Assembly (NCBI GenBank): GCA_002633005.1
Contig: NMRA01000588.1
Coordinates: 198,302 to 262,301, forward strand
Direction: 5' to 3'
DNA: 64,000 nt
Source: Phoronis australis
Taxonomy: Eukaryota; Animalia; Phoronida
A model generated the notes under the pieces. The model was not told where the DNA came from and searched no databases. It was given only the letters and a program-made list of their open reading frames with translations. Positions 50,050 through 61,064 of this stretch are shown here, piece by piece (the first letter of the stretch is position 1; every line of letters begins with the position of its first letter). The translations under genes and the position numbers were made by a program.

Positions 50050-52120
50050 CACTACTGTGCATGAAATTCAGATAATCGTATCTAAGGCAAATCCTAACAA
50101 AGTATTGACCATATCCTCAATAAAGTTCTAAAGCACCCGGCGGTGGTTGCTACTTTGCATAACCTATTTCAAGCTATTTTTGTTTTGCAGTATGTCCACT
50201 CAGTATGGTTGAAAGCCAATATTATTCCTATTCCGAAATGTACAGACAAGGATCCCTGTGTTTTATTGAATTATCGGGGGAAAAGCATGCCTTCCTTGGT
50301 TTAGAAATAACAAAGGGGTATTCTGGATGCCAGGATATCGTCTTAACTTGGGAGTTAAAGCCTGCTTGCTGAGGAGCAAAATGGTTTTCGTAAAGATACA
50401 TGTACATGTAGATTATGTATCGACCATGTAATTTCATTGGCGTCTATAGTCCAAAACAGGAAAAATGAAAACATTTCCAATACTTGTAACATTTGCTGGT
50501 ACGAAGAAAGTATTGGACAGTGTAGATAGTAGTTTATAAACTTCTATTAAATAATATCGACGGTCAAGCGTACATTTATAATGCGATAAAAGGTATTTAT
50601 TCCGATCCTGTGGCTCGTGTCCAGATTTTTAAAAACTTTCACTGTTCCCTGTAATTTTGGTGTACCTCATGGAGAAACGCTTTCTCCGACTCTTTTAGTC
50701 TTTTTATAAATGACTTTGCTGATGAACTGAATCTGTTCAACTGTGATTCATGTACATGTATCTCTATAGGAAATAATACACATGTAATAAGGTCCTTGAT
50801 CTATGCTGACGTCATTGCCTTACTCTAGTCACGTGATCATGATATGCAGGCCATATTGGATCTTTTGCCCATTTGGTGTAAACATTGCAGGACGGAGATG
50901 AATTTGAGTAAATTGAAGTTATGCATTTTTGTAAGCCCCGTGCGAGGCGGACCAACATTTTCTTCATTTATGCGAATAATCCGCTCTTTATTGTAAGTCA
51001 GCATAAATATGTAGGTGTCCCTTTGATGAACATTTTCAATTTAAACAAGCCGCAGTAGCAGCATCTGGTGGCCGTACAGTTCGCGCTATGGTAACTAAAT
51101 TCAAGCGCATGCGTGGTATTGTGTTCAATATACACCCCATTATGTGATGCGTGTGTTATACCGATGCTTGATTATTGCGCTGGTGGGTTCAATGCAAAAT
51201 CGGGTCTTCCGATACTTTCTTGAGGTTCACAAATTTACTCCAATCACGGCGAATAATGGAGATATGGGGTGGAAACCTGGTACAGTTCGCACGAAACTGT
51301 GTTCATTACAGCTCTGGAATAGACTTATTGCATACCTGATAATCGTCTCACAAATATTAACTACGTGTATTTTACTAGAACTTCACGTACAGAAAGGATA
51401 ATTGGTGAAAAAGTGTTTTTCAAAATTTTACTGAGGTTGATCAGATTGAAGCATTTTATCAAAAATCAGCTTGTGATCTGGATAATGCCAAAACGAGGAT
51501 CTTATCGAGTCTGAATGCAGGGTGGAAATTTTGCGCAAACCCAAACTAAGAACATGTAAATAATCTTAAAAAAATATCAAATAGAAGTTTATTTAAAATG
51601 AGCAGGTCTAGAGAAAAGAAATCCCTCTTTTCTCAGTTTAAATGTGGAATAATGCCGCTGAAAGTGAAAACTGGGCATTTCGTTGAGCATTTGTGACATT
51701 GTTGAACAGCCTCATAGGTAAATTATGAAATACAATACATTTCCTTTGGTCGCGTGATCTCTACAGAGCTCCCAGAACCGGGTTATTTACTGAGGTCATT
51801 TAAGTCTGCCCTTCGTTTGGTGAGCTATAAATTCCGAAGCAGTTTGTTTTCCTAATGAGTAACACCACTGTGTGTAAATTAGTTAGAAGTTTTATTAATA
51901 ATGCATTTCATTTCTCAGGCGAAAATAGTTGTCATTTTCAACTTAATTAGCAATGAATGGGAAGGTGGGTGTGATCTTCCCTTCTTTTCTTTTTGTCATT
52001 ATCTATATGCATGCGTTGCCTTTTTGTACTTTAGCTTTGAAATTGTGACTTATAAGCCCAAGCTTTGGCTGGGTAGCAATTGCTACGGCGCACTGAAATG
52101 AATGATTGATTTATTGATTC
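50050..52120 (+). mobile_element. decayed non-LTR retrotransposon (CR1/L2-group LINE) ORF2 remnant
   Basis: Frameshifted RT motifs: WLKANIIPIPK..DP..LNYRG, EEQNGFRK..CIDH, GETLSPTLFSLFIND, LIYADV (YADD), PKLRT, GIMPLKVKTG; tgaa/ttga-type 3' tail near 52095. Confidence 0.8.
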
Positions 52121-55029
52121 AATGAAACTAAAAACGACTTTCCTATCAAGTTCTCAGAAACAAAATGACGATCGGTACGGGCACGACAAACTTCAAAAGT
52201 TTTGAGGAAAATTAGAAAACGTTTTTAGCGAGTTACACGGCATCTGTGGGAAAGACCAGCTACCAAGGACAATAATGAATTCTCAGTTGATCCCTGCTAT
52301 AATCGTTCAAGATTGACGCTAATGATGCATCTGCAGGTAAGATAACGAGAATTGGTTGAAATCATCAAAACAGAGCTTAGCATCCTTTTTAAAGAATGAA
52401 TCAATTAAAAATGCATACACCCCATGTCACATTTTGGACATTATGGTACTTAGTGGATGATTTTTTCCATAGTACCGAGTAATTCGCAAAAACCGTTGTT
52501 CACGCTTGCCCGTTTAGCAAACTTTGAAAGGAGTTTTCATTTTTCAGCAAACCTTTGACTGGTGTCAAGGGTTACAGAGCATTATGTTTTAAGAGAACTG
52601 GATGGGGAAGTTATTTTTATTATCTGTTTTCAAATGGCCAAAGCCGGATTTAAAGTCCTTTTAAAAATGCAAGAAGGTACTCATTTTCCGTATACGTGAG
52701 ATATGTTGGCAATTTCGAATGCGCATGAAATCAATAGTACCCGGACGTTGTTTTCAGTGTAAGTACACCACTCAGTGCATCTAATAACCGAAATATCGTT
52801 TACTTTTGCATGCGTGAGTACAATTTTAAACCTGATTTGGGAATTTTAGATATTTGTGGAGCACTGAACATTCGGAGTAGTGAATCTTCAGAATAGTGAG
52901 CTGTTCCCATTTTCAGCTATGTTAGTAACACGCAAAAATACAACCAGATAAAGATTTTGTCTAGTCATTCTCAGATTGATATGAAAGTTTTGCTGAAGGT
53001 AACGCAAGAACTGTCTGTTTGTGGACCACATTACATATCTGAATTTGAGTCCCATTCTTTACGAGCAACCGTCACGGCATCCTCATTTCCGTCACGTCTC
53101 AGAGCTGAAAGTCACCCTTGTGTATAGATTATCTTTCCCCCTAATTAATATGCGTCTGGCCTTGCTGAAAACTCTACAGTGCTTATCTTTGCAGAATATC
53201 AAAGGTCCACTGATTCAGATATCCGAACCACTCCCGCGCAATGCTGACTAGGAGCCTGGTCCTCTAACAACACCCGGGTTTGATCATTACATGGTGTGCT
53301 TTAAATCAGAAGCAAGTTCAAAATTATTGCTAACTTAGTTATCATTGTACATGTAATTAGTGGTATCACTAACTGCAACAATTATGTTGTTGTTATCCAT
53401 GGCGACATTTCTGAACTGAAAGGCACATTCAACCGGCGATATTGTCACCGGTGAAGATATTACTATCAAACATCTGTAGACAAACTGTTGCATAAAGCGG
53501 GTCAGATACAATCTATTTTTTCAACAGATAACCAATTTTTGTATCAGTATTTCCTACAAACACCTATTCCTCATACAAGTTTAACCAGCTCGCAATTCCA
53601 TACTTATTTCGGTGTTCCAAGTTTGGCACACGACTAATTCAACAAGGTATTCTCCGAAGACGATCAATTTATACATCGCAGCTTATACGGTAATCCTCTA
53701 GATAAAAATTTTGCAGTGAGGCGCGTGCGTTTGACAACAGGTGCGTTCTCGGATGGGTGAACCTCAGGCAAACGAGGCGGAGTACAATTTAATGTCCAGA
53801 AAATAATCAATTTTTCAAGGTAAGAATGGCATGGCAAGTGATTGGTCGAGCAATGTGTTTATTCGACTGCGAGTGATGTTTTAAGTATTAACCAATCAAA
53901 ACTTTGAGGAGGGTTTTGAAATGGCTTAAATAAAGCCATCGTCTAAGGATTGCTTATTACGGCAAACTCAACAAGTGGTGATTTTGCAGGTAAGGAATTT
54001 ATTGCTCACTGCATACGGCTGCATGGTATTACACTTGTGAAAAACAATGCCAGTTCCTTAAAAACTCCGTTAGAAAAGCCCGATACGGAGTAAAAAATTG
54101 TCCCTCAAGCTTATACATGCATTGCTGTAACGTAATACGGAAAATCACGAACTGTATTGAAAGAGCTGACTTAAACGCTCGTGAAGACTTTCAGAAAATT
54201 TCCAGAACAGTCCTTAGGGAAAGAACACTGTTTGTTATGCAAATTGTGCTCTTCATCAAAATGCCTTATCTTTTCTAAAGGAATGGCTTGCTCACATATT
54301 TTTTAGAAGCTTAAACAGGACCAATGTTGTGAACTATTCTATTTAGTGCTTTTAAGTACGTGAACGCCCATTTTGTGGTCATCGTTTGTAAGGCAAGGAA
54401 GACTGAAACCCTAAACATATTTAATTTATTTTAGAATGAAAATGGAAACTAGAACACAGCAATGTAAGACTGCCGTTATAGAGTTCTAAAGGCGCAGCAC
54501 ACTATGTGTTTGTCTCGGCATACCTGATGTTCAAACTCCAGACCACAAAAAGTGTTCAAAATACAACAATTGTGGTACACGGTGTTCAAAAGAGAACGCC
54601 TTTGACACACTTGACGCATGTTGTACTTAACGCTATATATATTCATGATGTTCTGTCACGGGTTTCTGAACATGATGGTGAATGTAACCTTATTAGGTTG
54701 CCTACCTAGTTTTTCACAGTAAATTGAACTTAAACGTTATACATGACTGGCCATTAATGTCGTCAGACTACATGTGTATATTCCAAGCAAACGATGGAGA
54801 CTAAGCCAAAGCCAAAAACATTTGCTATTGTAACAGCAAGCTCTTTTATTGTTTTAACGCTAGGAGGCATGATGGACAAAGGTGTATGATTAAGATACCA
54901 CAGATGGACCATTAATTCTTGTGGCAACTTTTAAAGCAAATATTTGATCATCCTTTGAAGAGTTTTGACCTTGAGAACTAAACAGTGTGACAGATGGTAG
55001 TCCCGCTTTACCTGTTTTTTGTCTAGAAC

Positions 55030-56010
55030 CTTACAGCTTGACGTAACTCTTGTTGTGTCGTTTTAAAGATTAGAACAATTCATAAAATTGAACGCATTAA
55101 CAATATAACCGTTAACGATACAGGGAGACAAACACGCGTCCCGTTGTGTGGTGTTGAAGTGCCTAAATGATACAGCGAGTAATGAGAAGGACGCTTTAGC
55201 GTTATAGCACCTAATGTAGAACGAAATACTGTAACCAACAACGATAAAACCAGTGGAACGAGACGCACGCTTTTACGTTGTAATCTCTTAACACGATACT
55301 GCGTGACAACCGCGCATTTTGCGGCATCGTTTGTAAGCCCATGAACAATAATACAGCAATTTGAAGGAGATGCACGGTCGTACGTTGTAACCCTTTGAAC
55401 GATACAACGTGATAAACTTTAGTCTCGCTGTATCCTATACAAGTCTAGAACTACATGTATTATACTTCAGCGAGTTGAACCAGACCCGCGCTTTAACGTT
55501 GCAACCTCTTAGATCGATACAGCCTGACAAACTGATCGTATCGTGTTGTATCGTTTTAAAGCCTAATGACGATACAGCAAATACAACGAAATGAACGTTA
55601 GCAGTAACGCTGTTATTTTGAAAACGACACAGTGTGAAAAACGCAAATCTTGATGTATCGTTGAAATTCTAAAACGATGAAGCTAGTGGGATGAGACCCG
55701 CGCTATCATTAGAACGATACATTTTCGAGTGTTATTGTCATGCCTCCCGAACACATGCACCAGACCAAACATGCCAGATGGCTATTTGCTAGCTTTGCGA
55801 TATCCATGGATCACTGTGGTATCAAGGTACCACTGATTATCTTTTCATGCCAAAAGACATCTGGGATCCCGGTCTAAAACGCGAATCTCGCTGTACATGT
55901 ATGGTTTTAAAGCTGAAGAGCTTCATGTATACTGTACATCGAACGAGACACACGTCGTCATCCGTTACGACAGTACAGCGTCAAGAACAAGTCTCGTCGT
56001 ATCGTATTAA
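55030..56010. repeat. degenerate repeat array of AACGATAC/GTATCGTT motifs
   Basis: Motif recurs in both orientations about ten times or more; locally CpG-rich. Confidence 0.55.
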
Positions 56011-57599
56011 ACTCTAGGAAATTGTGTCTCCATTATCTAATTGTGGCTGTTATAGCGGAAATGCAGCACATTGTAATGTCTTGGTTGTCTGTTATTCGGT
56101 TAACGGTCTCAAAACTTCATTGGTTGTCAGTATCCAATGCACTCAGTGTCACTTTCTATACTGGACAAGACCAGATTAAATTGTGCAAAATTAGCAGGTT
56201 TTTAAGACATCTTCCATATTATTCCTATTGGGGATGACTTATAACACCGGATCCCGCCCCAACCGCCGCCGATTTGAATCAATGGAATCCTGAGGTTTCA
56301 CTGGCTGCCACCAGGTGGGGCAAATTGACATAAAACAGTCAAAATTTCTTCAACCTTTCGTGAAAAGGCCCCCTAGATACGAACTTCCTAAAAGACAATT
56401 TTAGACCGGCATAAACCACGTAGTAATTTTTTGATATTTAGTCGTGATTGTTCAGAATTTCATTCTATGTCAAACTTTACTATACATCAGCAGCTTTAAA
56501 TACGACTTGCTCATACACTGTAAGTAATCAAAAATTGTACTTTATAAATCGACTACCATAGTTAAAGAAACTCACAGGTGACCACATCAATTCTTTGACT
56601 TGTTTATCATGGCAACTCAACATGAAACCTAAGGTAAGAAAGGTACGCATTTCCTATGTACTTTCGGTTGTTAATTTGAAGACGTTTATGAAATCCACAA
56701 TTCACAAAACGGTGTTAGGCAGTTCTCAAAGAGACGCGTCCAGATACTTGACTCTTTAACTGTACCTAGAAATGATTGGGCTGCAGATCTTGTGTTACAC
56801 AGGCAATCTAGGAGGCCCCTATTGTGCAGAAGATCTCGCTTTGTTTCTATTTGTAGTTGATAATAAGAAAGGGTAATTGCCAATTTTGGTTGAGACTGAA
56901 ATCTCATGCACTTGTTTCATCTTTTATTTACTTGTGTCTCCTTAACTTGGTCTGACATTGAATTACAGAAACCTAGAAGTCATGAAGTGCTTGGTGGTAT
57001 TCTTTGTATTGATGCTGGCTGTGGGCTGCCTCCAGGCGCTGCCGGTAGATGGGGAAGACGAAGGTGAGAAAAATAATTGTCAGTGTCATGTGCCGAGTTC
57101 CGCACGAATTTCACAAGTACAGCTAAAGTGATCACGGGCAGTGCTCTCAATGCGTGGCGATGTCTCGTGAAGTCTTGCATTTTCGATTTTCGCGAAGTAT
57201 TTTATGTATTTGAAGCTCACGTCTGGTCAAGCACGTGACGTGGATTAAAATCTCAGTACTAGCAGATTATAGACAACAGATTCTCAGCTCTGGCATTTTC
57301 TTGCGTATTATCCTAGAGGAGGCGCCACTCTCCTAAATTACCTTATTTCAGTTTCCGGTTAGTGTATTGTAACGGAAAGTTTTTGCATTTATTTTACTGT
57401 TTATTAAAACGTAAAATATGGCAAAGGTCACAGTATTCCGTGCTCATTCAAGCACTGAAGGTCCTCTTCATTCAACGTTGTGGTCAATTTCCTGTAGTGG
57501 GCGTATGCGGAGTCGTCTACCTGGCTATTGTTTAAGTAAAAGGTAAATCGCACAAGACAAACACTGGTGAATAATGGCTTTTGTAGACCTCCAAAATAA

Positions 57600-60170
57600 G
57601 CGATACTGTACATGTCCAGAATTAATTGTGAAATCCCTGCATGTCGGACCGGTGTGACCAAAATTTATTTCTCAAAAATTTCATGTACATTAATTACCTC
57701 CAGGACGAACACACCATTAATAAAATCATTAGGGATAGTGTTTATGAACCCGAGGATTACCTCAATATAATTATTTATTCCTGGAACAGGAAGTTCTGCA
57801 ACTCGGTCATGAAAAATAACATTTCTAAAGCAAAAGTCCGCCCTGTTGACCAGTGTAGTATCTTCGTTCAAATGTCAAAAAATGTTACACTGGTCAAACA
57901 GTTTGCAGTCTTTCCCGTTGGTTATCTACATGTATGCATCTTCAAAATGGCGCCGTTCAAGATCATTTTCTGTAAGGTAACGAACGTAACTAAACCCGTC
58001 AAGAAATAGTGGAAAACACGTCAATTTGGTGCTGTTATGTGATTTTTTAGACTAAACATGGTTCTGAGTGGCTGACATCCCACCTTGCCGCTTGTTAGTG
58101 TGGTCGGTGGATCAGTGGACTTGGTTGTAGTTAATATGATAGCGGGCACTAGTCCTGGATACTTGGCCCTAGCCGAATGACAGGGAAAGGTGTCGGCAAG
58201 ATTTTTTGCGTAGCGCTGCAGCTTATTTTTCCCTATGTGTGTATGCAGAGGAACTTGGGAGATCGTTTCACACTGAACCCAGGCTCCCAGATTTGGACAG
58301 AGTGGTGGAGTCGCTACCTGTTCATGTATACATACCGGCCTTCCACTTCGTTTGCTTCTTTTTCTAAGCCAGCTTAATGTTGGATTTAGTTCGAAGATGA
58401 GATTGAGGTCTGTCTTTGAAACTGAAAGATGCTTCTTTTCACGCATAAATTCAGAAGCCTAGTCGTCAGTGCTTAATGTTAACCTTCGGTTCCCAAGCTT
58501 TACAATTTTAGTCCATGTGTTTTGGTCCTCCGGTGGCACTAAGATTTTTTTGCAAAGTAATTTCATTTCATGTGTTTTGGTCCTCCGGTGGCACTGAGAG
58601 GTTTTTGCAAAATAATCAGTGTTGTCACAGCCTCTCTGCGTTGTCACAGTGTTCGCCTAGTGAGTATCTTGACGAATGGTCGATGATTCGAGAACCAATC
58701 TCCTTGCCGACACGTGTTTTTCTGAGGACTTCTTGTTCGATCTAGGCTTTATAGCAAGTTAAGACAAGTCTGCTCTTGCTCAATCTCACATTGTGTCTTA
58801 TATTAGGGGTCTGTTTCGATAAGGCAAAGTTCTGGTTTTTCCTATTGCAGACCGAGTGGCGAGTCTAAATCTTTCATCTCTGCGCTTATTGAAACTTCAC
58901 AATACGACTCGAGACTTTGTAGTTTTGTTAGGGGGGTCGCATTTTGCATAACCCAGGTACATACCATTACTTCAGGTCAAAATTTAGGTGTTTCAGTAAC
59001 CAATGTGTCAAACAACAATTTAGCCATTTTACGGGTTCTTTTGAATGATTGTCTGAATGTTCCTACCTTACAAGGTCCATCGAGAACTGCTAACATTAAT
59101 TAGGCAGGGTATCGGTCAATGTTATCTGCTGTATTATTACCACTGAATCCTTTCCCAGTAAGGTAGTATCCTGGCGTCGGTAGGCTGTTAAGAGGCACCT
59201 GCAATGGGTTATCTCTTGAGAAACTTTTCCTGATCAAGGCTTATTTCTTGTTTTATGGCCTTGAAAGGTGCTCCTTGGGATGAAATCAAAAATAAAATAT
59301 CTCTCTCGGAAAACTTATTTTATTATTTCCATTATGTCTTTCAGAAGCTGCAAAGACTTATTTTTAGGTGAAAGCTCAGCAGTTGTCCAAAAAACAGGCC
59401 TGCCATTCATATGACATTTACCTTCCAAGCGAAAAAGAGTCAGTCACTTTTTAATCTAGGATTTTCTAAGACCAAAATTGTGGACCCTAAGCGTTGCATG
59501 TCGATATACCTCTCGAGAGCAGAGGAGTTTCCAAGTCTCTGAATACCAACAGTTTGTTGTTGTCATTTGCATGTACATGTACATGTAGTGACGAAATAAG
59601 TTATTAAAAACCATTAGACTGGCTTATATGTACATGTATGACTTCAATCCTACTGTAAGTTTGTTTCAAGTCGTATTGTAATACGCTTTACTCAGGTTTA
59701 TCTTAAATCCTGATTGGTGATTTCGACATTTGAACCCAGTTTGGATATATATGTAGACATATATTTGTTTTGTATGTATTTTCTGAAGCGTACACCCACA
59801 TCCTCCTCGACTTTTTAATCAAGTGTATACATAGCTAACTATAAGGTATTATATAGGACATAAAATTGACCAATTTGTTATCAAATTGTACTGTTATGAG
59901 TATATATTTACCTTGTAGTTACCAATTCTCTCACTCCATCCCCTTGAACTTCCAGTTCCCGGGTTGGTTGCACAAAAAGGGGGGAATCAATAACCCCATG
60001 CCGCCCTAACTTATGTGGGATCATATTGGTTAGATTGGTGATCAAGTAGTTCAAAGCGCCACTTTTCGGTGACTGAAAGAACTGCGGGCATAAGACAGAA
60101 TAAAAATAAATAATTTTAAGGAAAGTACATTCTTACAAAATTACATTTTGATGACAAATTGGCCAATTAT
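57600..60170 (+). mobile_element. decayed DIRS1-like tyrosine-recombinase retrotransposon
   Basis: RT-like QFAVFPVG..AP..FCKV...KPV (ORF 57641-58009); MT-like W...FMYTY.P; YR-like RCMSIYLSRAEEF near 59490-59530; 3' inverted repeats 59864-59890 vs 60141-60169; 5' boundary uncertain. Confidence 0.65.
58514..58616. repeat. 55-bp tandem duplication
   Basis: catgtgttttggtcctccggtggcact at 58514 and 58569. Confidence 0.8.
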
Positions 60171-60872
60171 CACTGACAGTCTGTATTGGCTGATACTTCG
60201 CCGGGTCAAAAATGGAAAGCTTTAAAGCCATCTTCAATTAAAGATAATATAGTAATCCTGTCCTCTAAGGTAAAAATAATACTTATTGCCGACATCCTGA
60301 CACAGGAAGTGTTCACTGGTGTATTTTCACGAAACGATTAATCTGAGCAGTAACAAACATCAAAACCAATCGACTGACGATTTATTAAACCGGAGGACCC
60401 AAGGTAATTGCCAGTTTACTAAGTACATGTAGAGCTCAAGGTAAATCAGCTTGATTTCAACATCGAAATTCAAAAGTGACACGGTATATTTATCAAAATG
60501 ATATAAACGTATTCTGCGGATTGCAAGCGGTACACAGTTTACTATCTTATTTTTGTGATGTTACAATCAAATCGTTCAACCCACCAATACATCGGTTTCA
60601 TCTACGTACACCAAGAATCGAATACAGCGTGACGGCACCAGCCTTCGCTAGTCACAATGCCATAGCGGAGAGCACGCACAACATATCCTACCCAATCCAG
60701 CTTGTTGACTTGCCCCACTTAACCAGTCTGCAAAATAAACTGCTGAATGCCCTACACCAGAAGACGAAGAGATTACAATAGGCGTACGGTTACGTTTCAA
60801 AACGTATTTTAAGATAAGTGTTCAAAAAGTTCTTCATTAATGAAGTCGCGCATGGGCTTTTTATAGTTCTGC

Positions 60873-61064
60873 NNNNNNNNNNNNNNNNNNNNNNNNNNNN
60901 NNNNNNNNNNNNNNNNNNNNNNNNNNNNNNNNNNNNNNNNNNNNNNNNNNNNNNNNNNNNNNNNNNNNNNNNNNNNNNNNNNNNNNNNNNNNNNNNNNNN
61001 NNNNNNNNNNNNNNNNNNNNNNNNNNNNNNNNNNNNNNNNNNNNNNNNNNNNNNNNNNNNNNNN
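60873..61064. other. assembly gap (192 N)
   Basis: Run of n. Confidence 0.99.
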
